Notes under the pieces: generated by a model
Seen by the model: the letters and a program-made list of their open reading frames with translations, nothing else
Databases searched by the model: none
What the model was told of the DNA's origin: nothing
Program-made: the position numbers and the translations under genes
Assembly (NCBI GenBank): GCA_964464585.1
Contig: CAYXGS010000013.1
Coordinates: 24,199 to 56,198, forward strand
Length of the DNA stretch: 32,000 nucleotides
Source of the DNA: an uncultured Gemmatimonas sp.
GTDB taxonomy: Bacteria > Gemmatimonadota > Gemmatimonadetes > Gemmatimonadales > Gemmatimonadaceae
Direction: 5' to 3'
Shown here: positions 18,710-32,000 of the stretch, one piece after another
Numbering within the stretch: position 1 is the stretch's first letter
Layout: each line of letters opens with the position of its first letter

Positions 18710-20182
18710 TCAGCTCGCCTCGGCCGCGTCGCTGTCGACGCCGCTGGCCGAGAGGCCGTGGCGCCGCAACTTCACGTAGAGTGTCTGCCGCGAGAGGCCG
18801 AGCACCTCGGCCGCGGTGGTCCGGTTGTCGCCGGTCAGCTCGAGGGCCGCTTCGATGAAGTGGCGCTCGACGAGATCCGTGGTGTCGCGGACCAGCGTGG
18901 GCAACGAGACGCGTCCGACGAGCGAGGTGAGCTCCTCGACGGCCTTGGTGAGATCACGCGCGCCGTGCGGTACGGTCGCGACGCGACGACTGACGTCGCG
19001 GAGCACGAAGCCGACGCAGGGCATCTCATCGCCGGGCAGCAGGACCGCCGAGAGCTCCACCTCGGTCGCGAGGCCATGCTCGCCGCGGACACTGCTCGCC
19101 GCCAGGCGCACGATGCCGTGCTTCTTCAGCGTCGAGAGGAACACCTGCAGATCCGCGCCCGGCCGCCCGACCCAGTTCCCGAGGGAGCGCCCCTTGGCCT
19201 GTTCCTCGCTCGCGAGCTGCGCGATGTCGAGGAACGCGCGGTTCGCCACCACGATGTCGCCTTCCTCGTCCGTGACGCAGAACGCGTCCGGCGCGCGCTC
19301 CACGAGCTCGATGAGCTTCGCGCGGTTCGATGCGGGGAGCTCGGCATGCGCCGTGAACCGCGAGAGCCGCACCAGCAGCAGCGTGAGGTTCTCCTGCCGG
19401 AAGCAGGACGCCGACGCGAGTGTCTCTCCGCGGTCGGCGGCGAGGCGGATGCGGATGTCACCCGAATGGCCCGTCGTGCGCGCGGCGGCGAGCAGGTCCT
19501 CCATCGCGCGCACGTCGTCGTGCGCGACGCCGAGCGGGAACTGCTTGCCGATGAGTTTCTCGATCGGCTGGTCGAACACGCGCGATGCCGCGCCCGAGGC
19601 ATCGACGATGCGCATCGTATCGGCGTCGACGACGACGATGGCGTCGGTCGAGAGCTGGAAGAGGAGCCGGTAGCGGGTCTCCACGTGGCGCAGGCGCCAG
19701 TAGTCGCGCTCCATCGCCTGCTGCGTGTCGACGAGACGCTGCTGGAGCGTGGAGATGGTGCGCATGTCCCGACCGACGGCGATCACCGATCCGTCCTCTG
19801 CGCGCACCGCGTTGTAAGCGACCGGGATGTCCGCGCCGGCGCGCGAGGGATGGTTCACCTGCCGACGGCGCGCATTGGTGCCGCTCCCGGCCTCACGCAG
19901 CAGCAGCTCGATCTTCGGCCGGGACTCGATCGTGACCGTCTCGATCCAGGGCTTCCCGAGCCACGCCTCGGCGCCATCGATGGGCGACTCGGTCCCACTG
20001 AACGAGACGTTGCGGATCACGCCCTGACGATCGACGACGAGCGCGATCTCGCTCGTGGCCGTGATCAACCGCGCCGCCCAGTCGGGCGCGAAGTCCGACA
20101 GTGCGGGTGCGTGTGGATCGTTCGAACGATCGCCGGTGTCCATTCTCGCCTGTCCCACGGGGGGTGATGCGACGACTGTCAT
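18710..20182 (-). CDS. ppsR: PpsR/CrtJ transcriptional repressor of photosystem genes (PAS repeats plus C-terminal Fis-type HTH)
   Basis: 490-aa ORF with LQQRLVDTQQAMERDYWRLRHVETRYRLLFQLSTDAIVVVD (the Q-linker/PAS region typical of PpsR) and the C-terminal HTH GDNRTTAAEVLGLSRQTLYVKLRRHGL. Confidence 0.93.
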   Translation of the reverse strand: MTVVASPPVGQARMDTGDRSNDPHAPALSDFAPDWAARLITATSEIALVVDRQGVIRNVSFSGTESPIDGAEAWLGKPWIETVTIESRPKIELLLREAGSGTNARRRQVNHPSRAGADIPVAYNAVRAEDGSVIAVGRDMRTISTLQQRLVDTQQAMERDYWRLRHVETRYRLLFQLSTDAIVVVDADTMRIVDASGAASRVFDQPIEKLIGKQFPLGVAHDDVRAMEDLLAAARTTGHSGDIRIRLAADRGETLASASCFRQENLTLLLVRLSRFTAHAELPASNRAKLIELVERAPDAFCVTDEEGDIVVANRAFLDIAQLASEEQAKGRSLGNWVGRPGADLQVFLSTLKKHGIVRLAASSVRGEHGLATEVELSAVLLPGDEMPCVGFVLRDVSRRVATVPHGARDLTKAVEELTSLVGRVSLPTLVRDTTDLVERHFIEAALELTGDNRTTAAEVLGLSRQTLYVKLRRHGLSASGVDSDAAEAS

Positions 20183-20186
20183 ACCC

Positions 20187-20993
20187 TCAGGTGAAGCCCA
20201 TCATGCGACGCGCCTCGCGGACCGCTGACCCCGCGTCGGGCGCAAAGCCATCCGCACCGAGCCGCCGAACCCAGGTGGGATCGGTAGCGATGATGTACCC
20301 ACCCACGAGGATGCGGATGTCACGGTTCCGTGACACCTGCCTGAATGTCTTGATCTGGCGCCTGAGAACGGTCACCCGCTCGGTCCCAGACACCGAGAGA
20401 CCAAGCAAATTGTACTCGGATTCTCGGACTTTGTCCAACAATCCGGTCGAGGAAACGCTCGAGTTCAACTGCACGTCCCATCCGTCACGCACGAAGTACT
20501 CGGCGAGGATGGCGACACCCAGCGAGTGCTGCTCGCCGGGCGCACACCCGAGCAGGATGCGGCCCGCGGACCCCGGGAAGGACTGCTCGGCCAGGAACCG
20601 ATGGCTCAGTTCCCGCACCATCCGCTGGATCCGGCCGGCGCCGACTGTCACATCATAGAAAGAGCACTCGTCCTGCTCCCACATCTCGCCGAGGAGTCGC
20701 GCGGCCGGCGTGAAGCAGTCCTCGTAGAGTGCTTGCGGGGTCATCCCGGCATCGACGAGGCGTTCGACGAAATGCGTCGCCTGTTCATCCTCGGGTGAGA
20801 GCAGTGCCCGGATGAAGTCTCCAAGCACCGCCGACATGGCGTCCGCCTCGTCCACGAGCGCCTGTTGAGGGGGCGGGAACACCATCCCGCTCACGATCGC
20901 GGGCACCGGCCGCTGGCGGTGCGACCGCACCGAGGCGTTGGAAGACTCGGCCATTCTCGCGGAGTTCTGCGGAACGGGCTGGGGACCTGACAT
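20187..20993 (-). CDS. aerR: AerR/PpaA-type cobalamin-binding antirepressor (B12-binding_2 helical bundle plus B12-binding Rossmann domain)
   Basis: 268-aa ORF with the B12 signature GEQHSLG (E-x-H-x-x-G), then LGLSVSG about 40 aa later and ILVGGY. The helical N-domain includes LYEDCFTPAARLLGEMWEQDECSFYDVTVG. It lies immediately upstream of ppsR (4-nt gap) and has GGAGG 4 nt before the ATG. Confidence 0.8.
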   Translation of the reverse strand: MSGPQPVPQNSARMAESSNASVRSHRQRPVPAIVSGMVFPPPQQALVDEADAMSAVLGDFIRALLSPEDEQATHFVERLVDAGMTPQALYEDCFTPAARLLGEMWEQDECSFYDVTVGAGRIQRMVRELSHRFLAEQSFPGSAGRILLGCAPGEQHSLGVAILAEYFVRDGWDVQLNSSVSSTGLLDKVRESEYNLLGLSVSGTERVTVLRRQIKTFRQVSRNRDIRILVGGYIIATDPTWVRRLGADGFAPDAGSAVREARRMMGFT

Positions 20994-21042
20994 GCGCCCT
21001 CCGAACTACGGGTGGGGGAGAACCCCGTGACCTTCGACTCCG

Positions 21043-21071
21043 AACTTTGCGCCGACAGCGAGACTTGTCAA
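21043..21071 (-). promoter_or_regulatory. Candidate sigma70-type promoter for aerR-ppsR (TTGACA-17-AAAGTT on the minus strand)
   Basis: The -35 is the reverse complement of TGTCAA at 21066-21071. The weak -10 is the reverse complement of AACTTT at 21043-21048. Hexamer inspection only. Confidence 0.25.
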
Positions 21072-21093
21072 GTCTAGTTGACGTAAACTTGGC

Positions 21094-21099
<6 letters not shown>
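21066..21099. promoter_or_regulatory. Composite PpsR-like operator TGTCAAGTCTAGTTGACGTAAACTTGGCTTGACA: two abutting half-degenerate sites (TGT-N12-ACG and CGT-N12-ACA)
   Basis: Read directly in the aerR/bchF divergent region. The outer TGT (21066-21068) and ACA (21097-21099) belong to the inverted heptamers TTGTCAA / TTGACAA, which also serve as back-to-back -35 boxes. Confidence 0.4.
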
Positions 21100-22963
<1,864 letters not shown>

Positions 22964-22966
22964 CGC

Positions 22967-24575
22967 ATGCAACTCACGCTCTGGACCTATGAGGGCCCGC
23001 CCCACGTGGGGGCGATGCGCATCGCGACCTCGATGGAGGGCGTGCATTACGTGCTCCATGCGCCGCAGGGTGACACCTACGCGGACCTGCTGTTCACGAT
23101 GATCGAGCGTCGTCCCACGCGGCCGCCGGTCACCTACACGACCTTCCAGGCACGCGACCTCGGCGGTGACACGGCGAACCTCGTGGTCTCCGCGGTGCGC
23201 GACGCGTTCGAGCGCTTCAAGCCCCGCGCGATGCTCGTCGGCGATTCATGCACGGCGGAGCTCATCCAGGACCAGTCCGGCGCGCTGGCCGTGGGGATGA
23301 ACCTGCCGATCCCGGTGGTGCCGCTGGAACTGCCCGCGTACTCGAAGAAGGAGAACTGGGGGGCGGCGGAGACGTTCTACCAGCTCGTGCGGGCACTCGC
23401 GCCGGCCCGCGCCGTCGCGGGCGCGCGGCAGCCGGCCGTGGGCCGGCGGCCGCGCGCGAACCTGCTCGGCCCGACCGCGCTCGGCTTCCGCTGCCGCGAC
23501 GATGTGCGCGAGGTGCGCGCCCTGCTGGACTCCATCGGCGTCGATGTGCACGTCGTGGCGCCGCTCGGTGCGACGCCCGAGCAGCTCCGCACGATCACCG
23601 ATGCCGACTTCAACATCGTGCTGCATCCGGAGATCGCCCTCTCGACGGCCTCGTGGCTGCAGCGGGTGCACGCGATGCCGATGGTGCGCACGGTGCCCCT
23701 CGGCGTGGGGGCGACGCGCGACTTCCTGCGCGAGGTGGGACAGGTGGCAGGAGTGGACGTCCGCCCGGCGCTCGACGCGCCCGAGGCCCGTCTCCCCTGG
23801 TACTCGCGCTCGGTGGATTCGACGTATCTGACCGGCAAGCGCGTGTTCATCTTCGGCGACGGGACGCATGCGGTCGCGGCGGCGCGGATCGCGCGAGATG
23901 AGCTCGGCTTCACGGTTGTCGGCATCGGGACCTACTCGCGCGAGATGGCGCGCGAGGTGCGCGAGGCGGCGGAGCAGCACGGGGTCGAGGCGCTGATCTG
24001 CGACGACTATCTCGAGGTCGAGGCCGCGATCGGCGCCGCGGCGCCCGAGCTCGTGCTCGGCACGCAGATGGAGCGGCACATCGCGAAGCGGCTGCACATC
24101 CCGTGCGCGGTGATCTCCGGGCCCTTCCACGTGCAGGATGTCCCCGCCCGCCACAGCCCCCAAATGGGATGGGAAGGCGCGAACGTCATCTTCGACACCT
24201 GGGTGCATCCGCTCATGATGGGACTCGAGGAGCATCTCATCGGGATGTTCCGCGAGGACTTCGAGTTCGTCGACGGCCACATGAGCCATCAGGGCAAAGG
24301 GGTGCCGGCCGAACGGACCGCGCCCGCGGCGTCCGTGGACGTCACTGCTGCCGCGCCGGATGCCGCGCCGGACGCCACCCTGGATGCCACGCCGCAGGAG
24401 GCGCCGGTCGCCGAGGCCTCGGCCGGCGTGCAGTGGTCAGCGGACGGCGAGCGGGAACTCAAGAAGATCCCGTTCTTCGTGCGCAAGAAGGCGCGCCTCA
24501 ACACGGAGCGATTCGCCGCCGCGCAGGGCGTGCGGACGATCACGGTCGAGACGCTGTACGAGGCCAAGGCGCACT

Positions 24576-24586
<11 letters not shown>
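22967..24586 (+). CDS. bchB: Light-independent protochlorophyllide reductase (DPOR) subunit B
   Basis: 539-aa ORF with [48 protein letters not shown] and [15 protein letters not shown]. The C-terminal domain includes [28 protein letters not shown]. Confidence 0.95.
24350..24397 (+). repeat. Four imperfect 12-nt tandem repeats inside bchB, encoding [16 protein letters not shown]
   Basis: GCCGCGCCGGAT / GCCGCGCCGGAC / GCCACCCTGGAT / GCCACGCCGCAG, read directly. They lie in the low-complexity linker before the conserved BchB C-terminal domain. Confidence 0.6.
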
Positions 24587-29189
<4,603 letters not shown>

Positions 29190-29190
<1 letters not shown>

Positions 29191-29924
29191 TGACGCTCCC
29201 GACGCCGGCCGCGCCCGAGCGCTACGTGCGCACGCGGACATGGCTCCACGACTACTTCGACCGGACCGCGGCGGAGTCGTGGGCGACGCTGACGTCGGAG
29301 GCGCCGGTGAGCGGCGTGCGCGCGACGGTGCGGGCGGGCCGCGACCGGATGCGGCACCTGCTCTGCTCGTGGCTCCCGACGAACCTCTCCGGCGCGCGCG
29401 TGCTCGATGCCGGGTGCGGGACCGGCGCGGCGGCGGTCGAACTCGCGCGCCGCGGCGCCGAGGTGGTGGCGATCGACCTCTCCCCGAACCTCGTCGCCGT
29501 GGCGAAGGCGCGGGCGGCGCAGTCGGCGTTGCGCGGCCGGATCGACTGGCGGAGCGGGGACATGCTCGATCCCGCCCTCGGTGGCTTCGACCATGTGCTC
29601 GCGATGGACTCACTGATCCACTACGAAGGCCCCGACGCGCTGACCGCCGTGGCCGCGTTGCTGCCCCGAGTGCGGACGTCGATGGTCTGGACGTTCGCGC
29701 CACGCACCCCGCTCCTCTCGGTGATGCATGCCGTGGGCCGGCTGCTCCCCCACGGCGACCGCGCACCGCGCATCGTGCCGCTCGCGGAGTCGATGGTCCG
29801 CGGCGCATTCGCGACGCGCGCCGACCTCGCGGGCGCAACGGTGGGACGCACCCAGGTCGTGAAGAGCGGGTTCTACACCTCGCAGGCGATGGAGCTGACC
29901 CTCACCCCCCGGAGGATGTCATGA
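29190..29924 (+). CDS. bchM: Mg-protoporphyrin IX O-methyltransferase
   Basis: 244-aa ORF with YFDRTAAESWATLTS, the SAM motif VLDAGCGTGAAAVELARRGA, and MDSLIHY. The ATG overlaps the bchL stop by 1 nt. Confidence 0.93.
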
Positions 29925-30247
29925 ACGGATGGACGTGGACCGTTGCCGCGCTGGTCGCGCTGGCAGGCTGGTGGGCCTACCGCCGCACGCAGGACGTGGC
30001 GTGCACGCTCGACCTCGAGTCGACCCCGCAGGAGTTCCATGCGCACGTCGAGCTGGACGGTGTGCAGGTGAACGAGGGTGACGAAGTGCTGGTGCATGGC
30101 GCACCGGACCGCATCGCGCTCGGAGAGCGCCGGCGCATGGCGGCGCGCGCCACGGTGCACCAGGCGAGCCTGCCGCGGCGCTTCCTCACCCGCGTGCTCG
30201 GCACGAGCGGGATCACCGAGCTGTACGAAGTCGGCTTCGAGGGCTGA
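29921..30247 (+). CDS. Small (108 aa) single-pass membrane protein of unknown function, translationally coupled between bchM and acsF
   Basis: Last 109 codons of track ORF 28934..30247. The ATG at 29921 shares ATGA with the bchM stop. Sequence: MNGWTWTVAALVALAGWWAYRR (N-terminal TM) followed by a soluble domain ...HVELDGVQVNEGDEVLVHGAPDRIALGERRRM...GITELYEVGFEG. Third codon positions are almost all G/C, as in neighbouring genes, and acsF starts 3 nt after its stop. Confidence 0.6.
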   Translation: MNGWTWTVAALVALAGWWAYRRTQDVACTLDLESTPQEFHAHVELDGVQVNEGDEVLVHGAPDRIALGERRRMAARATVHQASLPRRFLTRVLGTSGITELYEVGFEG

Positions 30248-30250
30248 GCC

Positions 30251-31327
30251 ATGTATCCCGCGACGATGGCCCCGCCCGTGAAGGACGTGAACGAGAGCAC
30301 GAAGGCCGCGACCGAGGATGCCGTCCTCAACCCCCGGTTCTACACGACCGACTTCGCCGAGATGGACCGGCTGGACGTCTCCGCGCTCCGCGCGCAGTGG
30401 GACGAACTCGTGGCGGAGTTCCGACGCGACCCCAACAAGGACCACTTCAAGCGCACGCCCGAGTTCACCGACCTCGACTGGACCGGCTGGCCGCCCGAGC
30501 TGCAGAAGGCGTTCGTCGAGTTCCTCGTGAGCTCGGTGACGGCGGAGTTCTCGGGGTGCATCCTCTACGCCGAGATCAAGAAGCGGGTCAAGAACAAGGA
30601 CATCCGCGACCTGTTCGGGTTCATGAGCCGCGACGAGGGGCGGCATGCGGGGTTCATCAACCACACCCTCGCCGACTTCAACGTGGCGGTGGACCTCTCG
30701 TTCCTCACCAAGGCCAAGAAGTACACGTACTTCAAGCCCAAGTACATCTACTACGCGACCTATCTGTCGGAGAAGATCGGCTACGCCCGCTACATCACGA
30801 TCTTCCGCCAGCTCGAGCAGCACCCGGAGTTCCGGTTCCACCCGATCTTCAAGTGGTTCCAGGAGTGGTGCAACGACGAGTTCCGCCACGGGGAGGCGTT
30901 CGCCGTGCTCATGCGCGCGAACCCGCGGTTCCTCGAGGGCGGGAACAAGCTCTGGATCCGGTTCTTCCTGCTGGCCGTCTTCGCCACGATGTACGTGCGC
31001 GACCACGCCCGGCTGACGTTCTTCCAGGCGCTCGGCTTCGACGTCGACGAGTTCGACCGCAAGGTCATCACGCTCACCAACACCATCAGCAAGCAGGTCT
31101 TCCCGGTCACGATCGACACCGACAACCCGAAGCTCTGGGCCCTCTTCGAGCGGATGCACCGCAACATGGGACGCATCGCCGCCGGTGACGCGGCGGGCGG
31201 GATCGGCGGATGGGTGACGTCGACGTTCGCCAAGCTCGACAACGGCGTCACGTTCCTGCGGCTCTTCCTGCTGCCGGCGAAGCATGCGGCGCTGCCGGCC
31301 GACGTCCGCCTCGAACCGGTCTGGTGA
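30251..31327 (+). CDS. acsF: Aerobic Mg-protoporphyrin IX monomethyl ester oxidative cyclase (diiron)
   Basis: 358-aa ORF with [28 protein letters not shown], and the diiron motifs [12 protein letters not shown] and [10 protein letters not shown]. Confidence 0.95.
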   Translation: MYPATMAPPVKDVNESTKAATEDAVLNPRFYTTDFAEMDRLDVSALRAQWDELVAEFRRDPNKDHFKRTPEFTDLDWTGWPPELQKAFVEFLVSSVTAEFSGCILYAEIKKRVKNKDIRDLFGFMSRDEGRHAGFINHTLADFNVAVDLSFLTKAKKYTYFKPKYIYYATYLSEKIGYARYITIFRQLEQHPEFRFHPIFKWFQEWCNDEFRHGEAFAVLMRANPRFLEGGNKLWIRFFLLAVFATMYVRDHARLTFFQALGFDVDEFDRKVITLTNTISKQVFPVTIDTDNPKLWALFERMHRNMGRIAAGDAAGGIGGWVTSTFAKLDNGVTFLRLFLLPAKHAALPADVRLEPVW

Positions 31328-31331
31328 CACC

Positions 31332-32000
31332 ATGAGCCGCGGCAGCGCATCCGTGATCGGGAAGGCCATCGCCTCCCTCGATGCGAAGTGGCTCCCCTTC
31401 GCCGACATCGCGACGGCGGAGGTCCCACTCTCGCGCTTCCTCCGGCTCAGCCTCTTCCAGCTGACCGTGGGGATGGCGACGACGCTCTTCTACGGCACGC
31501 TCAATCGCGTGATGATCGTGGAGCTGCGCGTGCCGTCGTTCATCGTCGCGGCGATGATCGCGATCCCGCTCCTCATCGCCCCGTTCCGCGCGCTGATCGG
31601 GTTCAAGTCGGACACGCATCGGAGCTACTGGGGATGGAAGCGCGTCCCGTTCATCTATGCCGGGTCGTTCATGCAGTTCGGCGGGCTCGCGGTGATGCCG
31701 TTCGCCCTCCTGCTCCTCTCGGGTGACCAGGCGTGGGGCGGGCGATGGATCGCGTACGTGGGCGCCGCGCTGGCGTTCTTCCTCGTCGGCGCGGGTGCGC
31801 ACACGGTGCAGACGAGCGGCCTCGCGCTCGCCACCGACCTCGCGGACGAGGCGAAACGTCCCCGGGTCGTCGCCCTGATGTACGTGATGATGCTCGTCGG
31901 CGCGCTGATCAGTTCGATCCTGCTCGGTGGCCTGCTGCGCGACTTCCAGCCGCTGCGCCTCATCCAGGTGATCCAGGGCGCCGCGGTGTTCACCGTCGTC
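31332..32000 (+). CDS. lhaA: LhaA (PucC/BCD family) LH1 assembly/BChl-delivery protein; 5' part, continues past the right edge
   Basis: Absent from the ORF track (no stop in the window). Manual translation from ATG 31332 gives MSRGSASVIGKAIASLDAKWLPFADIATAEVPLSRFLRLSLFQLTVGMATTLFYGTLNRVMIVELRVP...GFKSDTHRSYWGWKRVPFIY...GAGAHTVQTSGLALATDLADE..., 223 codons with no stop. It is paralogous to the ORF at 16404-17747. Confidence 0.85.
   Translation, partial: MSRGSASVIGKAIASLDAKWLPFADIATAEVPLSRFLRLSLFQLTVGMATTLFYGTLNRVMIVELRVPSFIVAAMIAIPLLIAPFRALIGFKSDTHRSYWGWKRVPFIYAGSFMQFGGLAVMPFALLLLSGDQAWGGRWIAYVGAALAFFLVGAGAHTVQTSGLALATDLADEAKRPRVVALMYVMMLVGALISSILLGGLLRDFQPLRLIQVIQGAAVFTVV

Noticed and set aside
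18647-20167. 506-aa plus-strand ORF antisense to ppsR; similar cases at 9883-11208, 12266-13513, 14000-15217, 21596-23059, 28345-29838 and 29873-31408
   Set aside because: All are mirror-frame ORFs of confidently identified genes, with Arg/Gly/Asp/Pro-rich products lacking motifs. I treat them as compositional artefacts.

Overview
Very GC-rich window, almost entirely a photosynthesis gene cluster (PGC) of a type-2 (purple-type) anoxygenic phototroph. The left edge (1-1572) is housekeeping: the 5' part of a type III glutamine synthetase gene, a DUF4142 lipoprotein and tRNA-Cys(GCA). From 1672 onward the genes are tetrapyrrole-related. hemC-hemD-hemB-hemL lie on the minus strand (1672-5736). 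A biliverdin-type bacteriophytochrome with a non-kinase output lies on the plus strand (5916-8120). A tightly packed minus-strand run follows (8084-20993): aerR-ppsR-bchG-bch2(PucC family)-FrhB/BciB-like-bchP-tspO-hemA-hemE-hemF-hemY-heme oxygenase. Divergent from it on the plus strand is bchF-N-B-H-L-M, a small unassigned ORF, acsF and lhaA, which runs off the right edge. All eight steps from glutamyl-tRNA to protoporphyrin IX are therefore encoded inside the PGC. Every oxygen-variable step uses the O2-dependent isoform (HemF, HemY, AcsF), which suggests an aerobic anoxygenic phototroph. Gene order (aerR/bchF divergence, bchG-orf428-bchP core) resembles proteobacterial and Gemmatimonas-type PGCs; taxonomy cannot be settled from this window. 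Candidate PpsR/CrtJ operators (TGT-N12-ACA type) lie upstream of bchG, in the aerR/bchF divergent region and, with odd spacing, in the hemC/bphP divergent region. I saw no transposases, integrases, CRISPR arrays or rRNA. The many long ORFs antisense to these genes are high-GC artefacts.
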